Shown here: one piece after another, positions 25,738 through 37,250 of the stretch | Layout of the letters: every line of letters begins with the position of its first letter | How positions within the stretch are numbered: the first letter of the stretch is position 1 | Source of the DNA: an uncultured cyanobacterium | GTDB taxonomy: Bacteria; Cyanobacteriota; Cyanobacteriia; Cyanobacteriales; Microcystaceae | Assembly (NCBI GenBank): GCA_963807635.1 | Contig: CAWEDJ010000041.1 | Span: forward strand, 1 to 64,000 | Direction: 5' to 3' | DNA: 64,000 nucleotides | Notes under the pieces: model-generated | Database searches by the model: none | The model's input: only the letters and a program-made list of their open reading frames with translations | What the model was told of the DNA's origin: nothing | Program-made: the position numbers and the translations under genes

Positions 25738-27387
25738 GAGCTTGCTGAAAAAAGCTGAAAGCCTTATAAGAAAAGAGATGAGGGGATTTAGAGAGCAAAA
25801 AAAGTGCAAAAAAAAGGTCTAAAATGAGTGAAAAGGCTTGCACCCCTCCCCTTCCAGAGCATTGAACGATGTACCCCAAAAAAGAATCCGAAAAATCGAC
25901 TGTTGAAAACTTCAAAATACCAAGTGAGTGGAAGCCAAAAGAAGAAAATCGTTGGGTAATCATGTCAAAAATAATTCCGTGGGAGGAATTTGAAGAAGAA
26001 TATGCAAAACAATTTTCAGAAAATAAAGGAGCGACAGCCAAACCATTTAGGATGGCATTAGGGTCATTAATAATAAAAGAAATATTGAGAATAAGTGACC
26101 GAGAAACAGTAGAACAAATAAAAGAAAACCCTTACTTACAATATTTTATAGGACTAGAAGTATATGAAAATGAGGAGGCATTTGATGCGTCACTGTTAGT
26201 ACATTTCCGTCAAAGAATAGGAATGGACTTGGTGAATCAAATAAATAAAGCAATGGTAAAAAAAGAAGAAGAAATATTATCAGAAGTAAAAGAAAAAAGT
26301 GAAGGGGAAAATCAGAATAGAGGAAAGCTATTAATAGATGCAACCTGTGCACCAGCAGACATCAAATATCCAACAGATATAGGAATCTTGAATGAGGCAA
26401 GAGAAAAAACCGAAAAAATAATAGACAACTTGTATAAAAAAACTAAAAAAAAAGGAAAAAAACCAAGAACCTATAGAATAAGAGCCAGAAAAGATTACTT
26501 AAAATTGTCAAAAAAACGCCGTCCGTCGAGAAAAGAAAGGAGAAAGGGCATAAAAAAACAAATCCAATATATCAAAAGAAACCTTTCCCATATAGAAAAA
26601 TTAAGAGAAGATAAAGAGGTCGCAAAATTAAGTAAAAAAGACGAAAAGATACTGTCGATAATACAAAAAGCCTATGAGCAACAAGTAGGAATGTATGAAA
26701 ATAAAGAAAATAAGGTAGAAAATAGAATTGTGAGTTTGACTCAACCTCATGTTCGTCCCATTGTTAGAGGAAAAGCGGGAACGCCAGTAGAGTTTGGTGC
26801 AAAACTATCAGCAAGTTATGTGAATGGATATCTTTATTTATACCGATTAAGTTGGGATAATTATAATGAATCAGGCGACTTCAAAGGACAAATAGAAGAG
26901 TTTAAACGTGAGACAGGCTACTATCCCCAGTCTGTTCATGCTGATGCAATCTATCGCACAAGGGAAAATCGCGCTTTTTGTAAGGAGAAGGGAATTCGAT
27001 TGAGTGGCCCACCCTTGGGAAGACGACCCACAAATATTAGTCCAGAAAAAAAGAAAGAAGCTCTTCAAGATGAAAGAGACCGTAATGCTATTGAAGGCAA
27101 ATTTGGTCAAGCAAAGAGACGATTTAGCCTCAATCGAGTTATGACAAAACTTCCTGATACCTCTGAAACCGCTATTGCTATCACCTTTTTAGTCATCAAT
27201 CTTTTTGCCCTGCTTCGGCAGGTTTTACGTTTTTTTTGTCTTTTTCGGAAGAAGAGCTTATTTTTCTGCCCTCTTATTAGCCCAGCTTATGCTTTGTGTT
27301 GACAATTCATTTAACCCTTATGTTTTACTCGCCTTAAATTCATAAATTAATCCCCTCTTCCTGTTTTTTGACTTTTTCAGCAAGCCC
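25738..27387 (+). mobile_element. IS5-family insertion sequence, 1650 bp, copy 1
   Basis: TIRs GAGCTTGCTGAAAAA / GGGCTTGCTGAAAAA; TACTTA duplicated at 25732-25737 and 27388-27393. Confidence 0.93.
25869..27302 (+). CDS. IS5-family transposase
   Basis: LIDATCAPADI, VRGKAG..VEFGAK, ADAIY, RNAIEGKFG..KR. Confidence 0.93.
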   Translation: MYPKKESEKSTVENFKIPSEWKPKEENRWVIMSKIIPWEEFEEEYAKQFSENKGATAKPFRMALGSLIIKEILRISDRETVEQIKENPYLQYFIGLEVYENEEAFDASLLVHFRQRIGMDLVNQINKAMVKKEEEILSEVKEKSEGENQNRGKLLIDATCAPADIKYPTDIGILNEAREKTEKIIDNLYKKTKKKGKKPRTYRIRARKDYLKLSKKRRPSRKERRKGIKKQIQYIKRNLSHIEKLREDKEVAKLSKKDEKILSIIQKAYEQQVGMYENKENKVENRIVSLTQPHVRPIVRGKAGTPVEFGAKLSASYVNGYLYLYRLSWDNYNESGDFKGQIEEFKRETGYYPQSVHADAIYRTRENRAFCKEKGIRLSGPPLGRRPTNISPEKKKEALQDERDRNAIEGKFGQAKRRFSLNRVMTKLPDTSETAIAITFLVINLFALLRQVLRFFCLFRKKSLFFCPLISPAYALC

Positions 27388-27403
27388 TACTTACTTAGCG
27401 GAT

Positions 27404-28083
27404 ATGGCCAGCATGACTCGTAAATTAGCCACTAAAAAACAACGGGCGTTAGAAGTTTTAGTGGTTCTTAAACGCCTCTATCCCGATGCGACCTGTAGTT
27501 TGAATTATGAAACGCCTGTGCAATTATTGGTCGCGACGATTCTTTCGGCTCAATGCACTGATGAACGGGTGAATAAAGTTACGCCTGCTTTGTTTGCTCG
27601 TTATCCTGATGCTCAAGCTCTAGCCTACAGCGATCGCGAAGAACTAGAAAAATTAGTTCATTCAACGGGATTTTACCGTAACAAAGCTAAAAATATCCAG
27701 GGAGCCTGTCAAAAAATTATGGAAGAATTTGGCGGTGAAGTTCCCCAACAAATGGAACAACTGCTGAGTCTTTCGGGGGTTGCTCGCAAAACTGCCAATG
27801 TGGTTTTAGCCCATGCTTTTGGCATTATTCAGGGGGTAACAGTTGATACCCATGTTAAACGGTTGAGTCAGCGTTTAGGTTTAACGAAAGAGACTGATCC
27901 TGTCAAAATTGAACGGGAATTAATGAAATTGTTACCCCAACCTGATTGGGAAAATTTCTCGATTAGTATTATCTATCATGGTCGGGCGGTGTGTAATGCG
28001 CGAAAACCGATTTGTTCCGCCTGTAATCTGCCGATGTTTGTCCTTCTGCCCATACTTTATTGAATAGGAAAGCTGGGAATTAA
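27404..28083 (+). CDS. nth: endonuclease III (frameshift ~28030 in the Fe-S cluster tail)
   Basis: LLVATILSAQCTD, GVARKTANV, VDTHV, CNARKPIC..C; the corrected frame gives NLADVCPS. Confidence 0.93.
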
Positions 28084-31000
28084 TTGATCAATTTCGGTCA
28101 TAATTTTGAGGGTGTATTGTAGGGCAACGACAATTTTTTGATAGTGGATAATATCGTCGTCGGATAAAGCGCGATCGCTTTTTTTACGGTCTTTTAGCCA
28201 TTTTTCTAGGACTTGGTAGCCGCCTATTTTAAATTCCCAAATTTGGTTAGGAATACCTGCAAAATATTTTTGGGGATTAATATAAACTCGTTGCAGTTGA
28301 TCGTTATAAATAACTTGGCTTACTTGGTTATCGCCTTCGCCTTCATAGGTTGTTGTTAGTTGATTAAATTCATCGGATTTGAGTAAATGCAGATTAACTA
28401 ATTGTTCGCCTTGGGTTGCTAGGTTATTAAATAGTTGATCATTTTTAGTGAGGGGAAGTCGGGGAAAGTCTATTTTCAGAAATTCGGCATAGCGTTGGCG
28501 ATAGGTAGGGCTATGAAAGATTGCGTAGGCGTAATAAAATATTTTTTCGGGTGTGGGAATATAACCGAGTTTTTCTTTGATTGCAGTTAAAAATTCTTGT
28601 GATAAATTAGGATCTCTTTCTATAAAAAGATTTGTTTGTTCATTCGTTGTATCTGGATAAGTATAAAGAGGAAAATAATGATTATATTCTCTAGAATTCA
28701 GAGAAATTGTATTTCCATCACCTATTGTTTCTGTAACTAAGCAATGCCGAAAACCTATCTCTTTTAGTTGACGACAAACAATTAAAGCTAAGTTAGATGA
28801 TTGAAATATATTTCTCATTACTTCATCTCTAGTATATTCAACAATATCCTGGTGGTGGTAATAATGCCTTAGATTAAAAGGGCGATATAAGCAAGTAGTA
28901 AAAAACTTTTTCCAATTTTGATTACTAGCTAAAGACTCTCTTCTTAATGTGATTTTCCAATCACGAGTATCTTTTAAATTATAATCCTTAGAAATGGTTT
29001 CATCTGATATATTTAAATCTCTAAAGTTTTCTATTTTTGTGTAAAGTTCTTGAAAATTAAAATCCATTACAAAATGATCTCGATGAGTTTTAATACCTGT
29101 TGAATTAACTGGAAAAATATCAGATACACTCCAACCTTGATTATATTCTGTCGCTAAATCAAAATCTTTAGGTGCAAAAAAGTAATTCGGTTGAGTAGGT
29201 TGTAATTCAATCCATTCAACTTCTCTAAACTTAACTTCTTCTAAAAACTTATACTTTGCTTCTCGTTTTCCCCAAAGATCATAATAAAAAACCTTCGCCA
29301 TTTCCTTCACGCCACTTCTATCCTTATAAACCTTAGAAAAATAATCAGGTTCAGTCTTTTCCCTCAGTGCAATTAAAATCGCCACCCCTTGCTGAATATC
29401 AAAAACATTTTGATCAATCCCTCCCTCTGGTGTCGTTTCTTTTAATAAAGAATTACCATGTAAATCCATAATATAAAGCGTATCAAAATATTTTAATAAC
29501 TCCTCACGCATTCCGCGATGAATTAACCCATTCAAATAGGAATGATTCGTAATAAATCCCACAATACCGTAACCCGTCGGTGTTTTTTGAATTTGATATT
29601 GGGCAAAACGAATAAACTTAATATAATCATCGTCCAAGGGCTGAATATTTTTTTCTTCCTCTAATCTCGCCCGACCTTTATACATTTCTAATAACTCTCC
29701 AATATGGGTTAACTCCGTAATCGTTTTACCCGCTTTTCCTGTTTTATAAACCTTCTCCCATTCAAGCCCATTATATTTAATATCAGCCAAATATCGAGTA
29801 GTTTCATTAATCACTCTTTTTCGTTTACTCGCATTCTGAGAACTCACCGAATAGGGCGGATTTCCTAACACCACAATAATCGGAACTTCAGTTTTAACTT
29901 CTGCGGCTTGATTCGATTCATCGGATAAAAATTTGGCAACAATGAGATCGGATTCCTTAATGCCTTCTTCTAGGGCATTTGTTAAATAAATATTGAGTCT
30001 TTCTTCTGGTTCAAATTTATAACCAATACTTTCTAATAATAACGCTAACTTTAAATGGGCAATAGTATAGGGAGTCATCAACAACTCAAACCCATAGAGA
30101 CGACTTAATAATTGAGTATCCTTTAAAATTTTAGTCCAGTTATTGACTCCATACTTTTCAAAGTTGCTACGAACTTGTTTAATCACTTCATACAAAAAAG
30201 TTCCCGTTCCTGTTGCAGGATCAAGAATTGTTACCCGCCGATTTCCTAACCCAAACTGTAAATCAAAATCCTTATCTAAAATATCATTCACTGCTTGCAC
30301 AATAAAAGAAACTACAGGCTCAGGCGTATAATAAACCCCACGACTTTTCCGTAAAGAAGATTCATAGGCCACCAAAAAAGTCTCATAAAAATGCACCACA
30401 GGATCTTGTTTTCGGGTTTCTTGACCAAACCTTTCTAAAACACTTCCCATATCGACCTTGATAAAAAGCTCGACCAAATCCTCGATTGTCCAGTGAATTT
30501 TACTGATAATATCTGTTTCAATAACCGTATTAAATAAACCCTGAAGAAAAGGAATCTTATTACTAATAAAATGACTGGCTGTTTTGCGACTAAATAACTC
30601 TTGACCAGGATTTTGCGCATGGCCTACCCTCGCGGTAAATAAACCATAGGCAATGGTTTGGGCATACATATCCGCAAAAGTATGATTATCCAAATCAGGC
30701 AATAATAAATCTTGAAATAATACCTTAAGCTGGGTTAATTCTCCCGTTTTATCCTCTAGCTTTAAAGCTTCTTCAATGGAATATTTAACGGATTTAGTAT
30801 GAACGGCCATTTGACCTGCCAGATCATAATAATTATTAATATCTTTTGCCCTATACCCTAAAAATAATTGTAATAACTGAATCACCTCTTCAGTCTTCTC
30901 ATAAGCAATAATCATGTCTTTTTCGAGGTACGCGATCGCGGCTGTTTGCTTTAACTTGTTATCCACATACCAACGAAATTCTAAATAGTTAGTGAGAATT

Positions 31001-31290
31001 AAATTTTGACCTACCGATGATTCTCGATAGCGTTCTAATTGTTCCGTTTTTTCCTCAATATCTAAATTTTTATTAATATCCTTTGCTTCGATATATCCCA
31101 CTAACTGACCATTTTTTCTGACCGTAAAATCGGGAATACCTGCTTGATTCCCCTTTTCTTCGATCACCGCATTAATTCCTGTCATGGAATCATCAATTAA
31201 AGCCTTAAGGGTCGGATAATGACTTCTTTCACTGCCTCGCTGAAAATTAAATTGTAAATTTTGCAGATAATGGGTAAAGTTGATTATCAT
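28057..31290 (-). CDS. single-polypeptide restriction-modification enzyme (Type IIG / Type ISP-like, no helicase): PD-ExK nuclease + N6-adenine MTase + TRD
   Basis: GIPDF...YIEAK; GVYYTP; ILDPATGTGTF (motif I); GNPPY (motif IV); C-terminal YRQRYAEFLKIDFPRLP and IGGYQVLEKWLKDRK. Confidence 0.88.
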   Translation of the reverse strand: MIINFTHYLQNLQFNFQRGSERSHYPTLKALIDDSMTGINAVIEEKGNQAGIPDFTVRKNGQLVGYIEAKDINKNLDIEEKTEQLERYRESSVGQNLILTNYLEFRWYVDNKLKQTAAIAYLEKDMIIAYEKTEEVIQLLQLFLGYRAKDINNYYDLAGQMAVHTKSVKYSIEEALKLEDKTGELTQLKVLFQDLLLPDLDNHTFADMYAQTIAYGLFTARVGHAQNPGQELFSRKTASHFISNKIPFLQGLFNTVIETDIISKIHWTIEDLVELFIKVDMGSVLERFGQETRKQDPVVHFYETFLVAYESSLRKSRGVYYTPEPVVSFIVQAVNDILDKDFDLQFGLGNRRVTILDPATGTGTFLYEVIKQVRSNFEKYGVNNWTKILKDTQLLSRLYGFELLMTPYTIAHLKLALLLESIGYKFEPEERLNIYLTNALEEGIKESDLIVAKFLSDESNQAAEVKTEVPIIVVLGNPPYSVSSQNASKRKRVINETTRYLADIKYNGLEWEKVYKTGKAGKTITELTHIGELLEMYKGRARLEEEKNIQPLDDDYIKFIRFAQYQIQKTPTGYGIVGFITNHSYLNGLIHRGMREELLKYFDTLYIMDLHGNSLLKETTPEGGIDQNVFDIQQGVAILIALREKTEPDYFSKVYKDRSGVKEMAKVFYYDLWGKREAKYKFLEEVKFREVEWIELQPTQPNYFFAPKDFDLATEYNQGWSVSDIFPVNSTGIKTHRDHFVMDFNFQELYTKIENFRDLNISDETISKDYNLKDTRDWKITLRRESLASNQNWKKFFTTCLYRPFNLRHYYHHQDIVEYTRDEVMRNIFQSSNLALIVCRQLKEIGFRHCLVTETIGDGNTISLNSREYNHYFPLYTYPDTTNEQTNLFIERDPNLSQEFLTAIKEKLGYIPTPEKIFYYAYAIFHSPTYRQRYAEFLKIDFPRLPLTKNDQLFNNLATQGEQLVNLHLLKSDEFNQLTTTYEGEGDNQVSQVIYNDQLQRVYINPQKYFAGIPNQIWEFKIGGYQVLEKWLKDRKKSDRALSDDDIIHYQKIVVALQYTLKIMTEIDQLIPSFPIQ

Positions 31291-31585
31291 AATTAAATTT
31301 TCAAGAGATTCTAATCGGTATATTTATTTCCAGCAGATAAGATTGTTAATAATTGTAGAAAAAATATCACACTACATAAATTTTTAGAGAATAGAACGCT
31401 CCACATTTTTCGATAATTTATTATATATTAGATTAAAGTAAACTTCTTTGTCAGTAATTTTTTGCTTGCGTTCTCCATAAATCGTCCCAATAATGGTTAT
31501 ACTAACTAATCAATGTTTTATTTTTAATCGATCAACTTTTTAAAATTATTTGTAACCCTTGTCAACCCTTATTTCCCTATCAAGC

Positions 31586-33214
31586 GTGACTACTCAAGCC
31601 CCTTCTCTTTCGCAACACAACGGTACTGCTCTTTCAGAACCCCTCGACGATAACCTCAAAAGCCAGATTATCGTTATTTTAGATTTCGGCTCCCAATATT
31701 CAGAACTGATTGCCCGTCGCATTCGAGAAACTCAGGTTTATTCAGAAGTCCTTTCCTATCGCACCACCGCCGAGCAATTACGGCAAATTAATCCCAAGGG
31801 AATTATTCTGTCGGGTGGCCCTAGCTCTGTCTATGACACGGGCGCGCCCCAGTGTGATCCTGATATTTGGCAGCTAGGAGTTCCTGTTTTGGGAGTCTGC
31901 TATGGAATGCAACTGATGGTGAAACAGTTGGGCGGTACAGTCGAACGGTCTAAAAGGGGGGAATACGGTAAAGCGTCCCTTTTTATTGATGATCCGACGG
32001 ATCTACTGACCAATGTGGAAGAAGGTTCGACCATGTGGATGAGTCATGGTGATTCCTGTACGAATTTACCCGATGGCTTTGAAACCCTTGCCCATACGGA
32101 AAATACTCCCTGTGCCGCGATCGCGAATCACAAGAAACATCTCTTTGGGGTGCAGTTCCATCCTGAAGTCGTTCATTCCATCGGGGGAATTGCCCTGATT
32201 CGTAATTTTGTTTATCATATCTGTGAGTGTGAACCGACCTGGACAACGGAAGCCTTTGTGGATCAATCTATCCGAGAGATTCGCGCCAAGGTTGGGGATA
32301 AACGGGTTTTGCTTGCTCTTTCGGGGGGAGTCGATTCTTCCACTCTTGCTTTTTTATTGCATCGCGCCATTGGGGATCAATTGACCTGTATGTTTATTGA
32401 TCAGGGTTTCATGCGCAAGGGTGAACCCGAACGGTTAGTCGAATTATTTGATCAACAGTTTCATATTTCTGTCCAATACGTTGAAGCCCGCGATCGCTTC
32501 CTTGCCCAACTAGAAGGGATCACCGACCCTGAAGAAAAACGTCGTCGCATTGGCCACGAATTTATTCAAGTGTTTGAAGAAGAATCCAATCGCCTTGGCC
32601 CCTTTGATTATCTTGCCCAGGGAACTCTATATCCCGATGTGATTGAATCCGCCGATACCAATGTTGATCCCAAGTCAGGAGAACGGGTTGCGGTCAAAAT
32701 CAAGAGCCATCATAATGTGGGCGGTTTACCCAAAAACCTGCGTTTTAAACTCGTTGAACCCCTCCGCAAACTCTTTAAAGATGAAGTTCGGAAACTAGGG
32801 CGATCGATTGGTTTACCCGAAGAAATTGTCCGTCGCCATCCTTTCCCAGGGCCTGGTTTAGCCATTCGCATTATTGGAGAAGTTACCGCCGAGCGTTTAA
32901 ATATTTTGCGGGATGCGGACTTTATCGTGCGGGATGAAATTTCTAAACAGGGAATTTATCACGATTTTTGGCAAGCCTTCGCCGTCTTGTTGCCCGTTCG
33001 GAGTGTCGGGGTGATGGGAGATCAACGTACCTACGCCCACCCGATTGTTTTGCGTTTGATTACTAGTGAAGATGGTATGACCGCCGATTGGGCCAGGGTT
33101 CCCTACGAAGTCTTAGAAATTATTTCTAATCGCATTGTAAATGAAGTGAAAGGGGTTAACCGAGTCGTCTATGACATTACCTCGAAACCGCCTGGAACCA
33201 TTGAGTGGGAATAA
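31586..33214 (+). CDS. guaA: GMP synthase
   Basis: [45 protein letters not shown]. Confidence 0.98.
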   Translation: MTTQAPSLSQHNGTALSEPLDDNLKSQIIVILDFGSQYSELIARRIRETQVYSEVLSYRTTAEQLRQINPKGIILSGGPSSVYDTGAPQCDPDIWQLGVPVLGVCYGMQLMVKQLGGTVERSKRGEYGKASLFIDDPTDLLTNVEEGSTMWMSHGDSCTNLPDGFETLAHTENTPCAAIANHKKHLFGVQFHPEVVHSIGGIALIRNFVYHICECEPTWTTEAFVDQSIREIRAKVGDKRVLLALSGGVDSSTLAFLLHRAIGDQLTCMFIDQGFMRKGEPERLVELFDQQFHISVQYVEARDRFLAQLEGITDPEEKRRRIGHEFIQVFEEESNRLGPFDYLAQGTLYPDVIESADTNVDPKSGERVAVKIKSHHNVGGLPKNLRFKLVEPLRKLFKDEVRKLGRSIGLPEEIVRRHPFPGPGLAIRIIGEVTAERLNILRDADFIVRDEISKQGIYHDFWQAFAVLLPVRSVGVMGDQRTYAHPIVLRLITSEDGMTADWARVPYEVLEIISNRIVNEVKGVNRVVYDITSKPPGTIEWE

Positions 33215-33285
33215 ATCAAGGGGGGGGGACAATGACTTTAAAAGGCAAATACTCTTGCCCCCCAGAAATGACGGAGACAAAAAAT

Positions 33286-33681
33286 CTAATCTTCTCCTGT
33301 CAACTGCAATTTATATTCGGCGGCGGTCAGGGTATCAGCCAGAGCCTCGTCGGGGTTTTCTACCCGTATTTTGATCAACCACCCTTCTCCATAGGGGTCG
33401 TCGGCGATCAATTCGGGGGAGTCGATCATGGCATCATTGCGCTCAATAACGGTTCCCGTAACGGGAGAATAGAGGTCAGATGTTGCTTTAACAGACTCAA
33501 TCGTTCCAAATCGTTCACTGACTTCTAGGGCTTCACCGACTTCGGGTAGTTCCAGAAACACCAGATCCCCCAACTCATCGATCGCAAAAGCACTGACCCC
33601 GATGGTCGCAATTTCCCCATCCAGTCGGACATATTCGTGGCTGTCTAAGTAGTGCAGGTCTTCAGGATACTCCAGTTCCAT
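33286..33681 (-). CDS. gcvH: glycine cleavage system H protein
   Basis: [14 protein letters not shown] lipoyl motif, DPYGEGW. Confidence 0.96.
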   Translation of the reverse strand: MELEYPEDLHYLDSHEYVRLDGEIATIGVSAFAIDELGDLVFLELPEVGEALEVSERFGTIESVKATSDLYSPVTGTVIERNDAMIDSPELIADDPYGEGWLIKIRVENPDEALADTLTAAEYKLQLTGED

Positions 33682-33917
33682 GTCACATCCTAATATAGAT
33701 ATAGTTTTAACAAAGGTTAGTTTACAATGTCTTTGCTCAGGGGAATAGGGGAAATTCTACAAATTTACAAATTTTTGACAAACTGTTGCAGACCTCATCA
33801 AATTTGACCAGCCTGGGGACAGGATCTTTTTTTTTGAGTTGTAAAGAGGGTTAATTCTTGATATTGATTAGAGTGGTAGTTTTTCCGTCTCCCTTTAGCC
33901 CGCGATTGACTGAAATC

Positions 33918-34565
33918 ATGAAAAATACGCCCAAACTCCGTGAACCTCTCGCCAGCCTTTATCTGTATCGTGGACTCAAATGGTCGGTGGTGAATCCGCT
34001 CTTGCATTTATATATGGGGGGCAAGGTCTATGGCATCGAAAATGTGCCACTGAAAGGCCCTGTGATTGCCGTGAGTAATCATGCTAGTTATTTTGATCCG
34101 CCTTTTTTGTCTGTTTCGTTGCGTCGTCCCGTGGCCTTTATGGCGAAGGAAGAATTATTCCAGGTTCCTGTTCTGGCTGACCTGATTCGGTTGTATGGAG
34201 CCTATCCTGTCAAACGGGGAGCGGGCGATCGCGGAGCTATTCGAGCCGCCCTCAATGCCCTCGCAGAAGGTTGGGCTGTGGGAGTCTTTTTAGAAGGAAC
34301 CCGAACCCCCGATGCCCGAATTAACAATCCAAAATTAGGGGCAGCCATGATTGCCGCTAAATCCCAGGCTCCTCTCCTGCCCGTCAGTCTGTGGGGAACC
34401 GAAAAGATTTTAAAAAAAGGATCTTCTGTTCCCCAGCGAGTTCCCGTCACCCTCCGCATTGGTGAAATCATCCAGCCCCCTGTGAACAGTAAACGGGAAG
34501 AATTGGAAAGAGTAACCCAGGAATGTCAACGTCAAATTAATGCCATGCACGATCTGGCCGTTTGA
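33918..34565 (+). CDS. plsC: 1-acyl-sn-glycerol-3-phosphate acyltransferase
   Basis: NHASYFD, FLEGTR. Confidence 0.9.
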   Translation: MKNTPKLREPLASLYLYRGLKWSVVNPLLHLYMGGKVYGIENVPLKGPVIAVSNHASYFDPPFLSVSLRRPVAFMAKEELFQVPVLADLIRLYGAYPVKRGAGDRGAIRAALNALAEGWAVGVFLEGTRTPDARINNPKLGAAMIAAKSQAPLLPVSLWGTEKILKKGSSVPQRVPVTLRIGEIIQPPVNSKREELERVTQECQRQINAMHDLAV

Positions 34566-34588
34566 TGGGGAATTTTCAAACAAAAAAA

Positions 34589-34611
34589 GGAACCAGACAA
34601 TGTCTGATTCC
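34589..34611. terminator. bidirectional terminator hairpin between plsC and prx
   Basis: GGAACCAGAC-AAT-GTCTGATTCC preceded by an A-run. Confidence 0.55.
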
Positions 34612-34646
34612 TCTTAATTCAATAGGATGTTAACAAAATAGACTGA

Positions 34647-35240
34647 CTAGACAGCCGCGAAATAAACTTTGGATTTAACGGGGTCGGGAACCATCGTTTT
34701 GTCGCCTTCTTTCCAACCTGCGGGACAAACTTCATCGGGATGGGATTGGACATACTGGAGAGCTTTCAATGTGCGTAGGGTTTCATCCACGCTACGACCA
34801 AAGGAGAGGTTATTAATCGTCGAGTGCTGAATCACACCGTCTTTGTCGATGATGAATAAACCGCGCAAAGCAACGCCAGCTTCGGGATCGAGAACGTTGT
34901 AAGCGGTACTGATTTCTTTTTTCAGGTCAGCAACGAGGGGATAGGCGATATCTCCAATGCCACCGCTTTTGCGATCGCTTTGAATCCAAGCCAGGTGAGA
35001 AAATTCGCTGTCAACGGAAACGCCCAAAACTTCGGTGTTTAAGGCACTGAACTCGGAGTAGCGATCGCTGAAGGCAATAATTTCTGTTGGGCAAACAAAG
35101 GTGAAGTCCAGGGGATAGAAAAAGAGGACGACGTATTTACCACGATAATCGGACAATTTTAGAGTCTTAAACTCTTGGTCAACAACGGCGGTTGCAGTGA
35201 AATCAGGGGCGGATTGACCAACTCGTAAACATTCCGTCAT
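34647..35240 (-). CDS. 2-Cys peroxiredoxin
   Basis: [24 protein letters not shown] and YF motifs. Confidence 0.95.
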   Translation of the reverse strand: MTECLRVGQSAPDFTATAVVDQEFKTLKLSDYRGKYVVLFFYPLDFTFVCPTEIIAFSDRYSEFSALNTEVLGVSVDSEFSHLAWIQSDRKSGGIGDIAYPLVADLKKEISTAYNVLDPEAGVALRGLFIIDKDGVIQHSTINNLSFGRSVDETLRTLKALQYVQSHPDEVCPAGWKEGDKTMVPDPVKSKVYFAAV

Positions 35241-35404
35241 GCTGTAATTCTCCTCAAATGGAATAATTTTTTTTAAGAACTCGTTAATCATTACGAATTG
35301 TTACGACTATATCATACTCATAACGATTTTGATCTGTCTTCGTTAACCTAAAAATTCCCTGCTTTAAATTTGTCTAACAAGCTGTTCTCTTCCCCAAGCC
35401 CGCC

Positions 35405-36325
35405 ATGAGCCTCACCAATCCCAAAATTTCCCCTAAAAAGTATTCCTACTCGACGATACGGCCTGTTAGAACGATGCGACCTGTGCAAAGGTCTCAGAAT
35501 ACTAGGTTATTTCGTCCGTTTCAGTCGGATCTTTACCATCAGCTTCTAGTCATGTCCTGGCGGAGGTTCTTACTAACTATTACGCTGTTTTATTTTGGTT
35601 TAAACGTCATTTTTGCCCTGATATACGTTGTCACGGGAAGTGGTATTGCCAATGCAGAACCAGGCTCTTTTAAAGATGCTTATTTTTTTAGTATTCAGAC
35701 GCTTTCCACGGTCGGTTACGGTTCAATGTACCCAAATACCTTTATTTCTCAGTCGATTGTCTCGATAGAAATTTTTATTGGTTTACTGAGCCTGGCGGTG
35801 TTGACAGGATTAATGTTTGCTCGTTTTGCCAAACCGACTGCTAGGGTAATTTTTAGTGAAGTCGCAGTGATTTGTCCCTTTGAGGGGATTCCAACCCTGA
35901 TGTTTCGAGCCGCCAATCAACGAGATAATCGCATTCTAGAGGCACAAGTTAAAGTCAGCTTAATGCGAGATGAAGTGACCCAGGAAGGTCATCTATTACG
36001 GCGTTTCTATGATTTGCCCTTGATGCGATCGCAAACTCCCGTCTTTGGCTTAAGTTGGTTAATTATGCACCCCATCGACGAGAATAGTCCTTTTTATCAA
36101 AAAACTCCCGAAGAACTGAATGAAAAAGGGATTGAACTTTGGATTAGTTTAACGGGCTTAGATGAAACTTTTTCCCAAACCATCCATACTCGCTATGCCT
36201 ACTCTACCGATCACATTTTTTGGAATCAACGATTTGTGGATATCTTTTCCCAGGATGAGCAGGGTCAATGGTTTATTGATTTAAGTAAAATCCACGACAC
36301 CCAACCCCTGTTAGAAATGCAATAA
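35405..36325 (+). CDS. inward-rectifier K+ channel (KirBac)
   Basis: FFSIQTLSTVGYG, MFARF, LMFRAANQR, WLIMHPIDENSP. Confidence 0.92.
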   Translation: MSLTNPKISPKKYSYSTIRPVRTMRPVQRSQNTRLFRPFQSDLYHQLLVMSWRRFLLTITLFYFGLNVIFALIYVVTGSGIANAEPGSFKDAYFFSIQTLSTVGYGSMYPNTFISQSIVSIEIFIGLLSLAVLTGLMFARFAKPTARVIFSEVAVICPFEGIPTLMFRAANQRDNRILEAQVKVSLMRDEVTQEGHLLRRFYDLPLMRSQTPVFGLSWLIMHPIDENSPFYQKTPEELNEKGIELWISLTGLDETFSQTIHTRYAYSTDHIFWNQRFVDIFSQDEQGQWFIDLSKIHDTQPLLEMQ

Positions 36326-36360
36326 AAAATCCCCCTAAAGTATTTTGAGAGGGATTTTAA
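36325..36360. terminator. bidirectional terminator hairpin
   Basis: AAAATCCC...GGGATTTT between convergent genes. Confidence 0.5.
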
Positions 36361-36403
36361 AAACGGATGGATTGATCACTCATGTTTGACCCGAAAAAAT
36401 TTT

Positions 36404-37153
36404 TTAACGGGTTTTAGTAAAAACACTTTCAGGTTGTTGATGGGAGAGAAAACGCTCGTTAATAATATCTTTAAATATGGCAAAATCCGCTTGCCATTCA
36501 TTTAGACCTTTTAAAACTAAGGCCAAACATTCCTGGGAATTATTCGTCTCAATCGGATAGTTAAAATTACCCGCAAATAAGACCGCCGCGATCGACTGTT
36601 GATCGGGCAATTGCAGCATTGCTTGATTAATATTCAAATTCAACTGGCATCGGTCTAACTGATAGAGGAAATTAACCCCCGCTTGAATAGGAGCATTACC
36701 CACATCTTGCCAAGGGCCAGGGGATAAAAGGGTTTTGGTAATGTAATGTCTTGCCCCATCAATATTGCTCGGAAAGGGAGCGAGATATTTAGGACTAATA
36801 GTAATTCCTTTATATTCCGCATTGGGTAATTTGCTGACGTATTGACGCGCTACCTCTGCGACCAAAACTTCTTTGAAATCCTTTGCTCCAATGGTTTCCA
36901 TAAACATGATGGTACGGGGTTGGGCGACAATTCCCACTCCATTTTTAAACATGACCTGGGAACCGCCTGGATTAAGAACAGGCTGACGGGCTAATTCCCA
37001 TTCATTGGGAACAATGCCACTAAATTTGAGAAACTGTTCACTGAGTAGGGTTGGATCAAGTTCTTTGGCGGCGATCGTGATAGAAAGTTCTTGAATATCT
37101 TGGAGAGGGAAGGGACTAGGGTTCGCGTCCTGCACGGATGAAGTTGCTACCAT
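36404..37153 (-). CDS. hypothetical protein
   Basis: 249-aa ORF downstream of rnj on the same strand; no motif recognised. Confidence 0.7.
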   Translation of the reverse strand: MVATSSVQDANPSPFPLQDIQELSITIAAKELDPTLLSEQFLKFSGIVPNEWELARQPVLNPGGSQVMFKNGVGIVAQPRTIMFMETIGAKDFKEVLVAEVARQYVSKLPNAEYKGITISPKYLAPFPSNIDGARHYITKTLLSPGPWQDVGNAPIQAGVNFLYQLDRCQLNLNINQAMLQLPDQQSIAAVLFAGNFNYPIETNNSQECLALVLKGLNEWQADFAIFKDIINERFLSHQQPESVFTKTR

Positions 37154-37250
37154 AAGGGATTACATCAAAAATTTTACAAAAGAATAAAACAAATCCCAGG
37201 TAGCTTTAAATTTTGAACATTTATGACTATCTGGTATTCAATTTCATATT

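Noticed and set aside
35285..35335. PerR/Fur-like palindrome upstream of the peroxiredoxin
   Set aside because: Symmetry is too weak to support a call.
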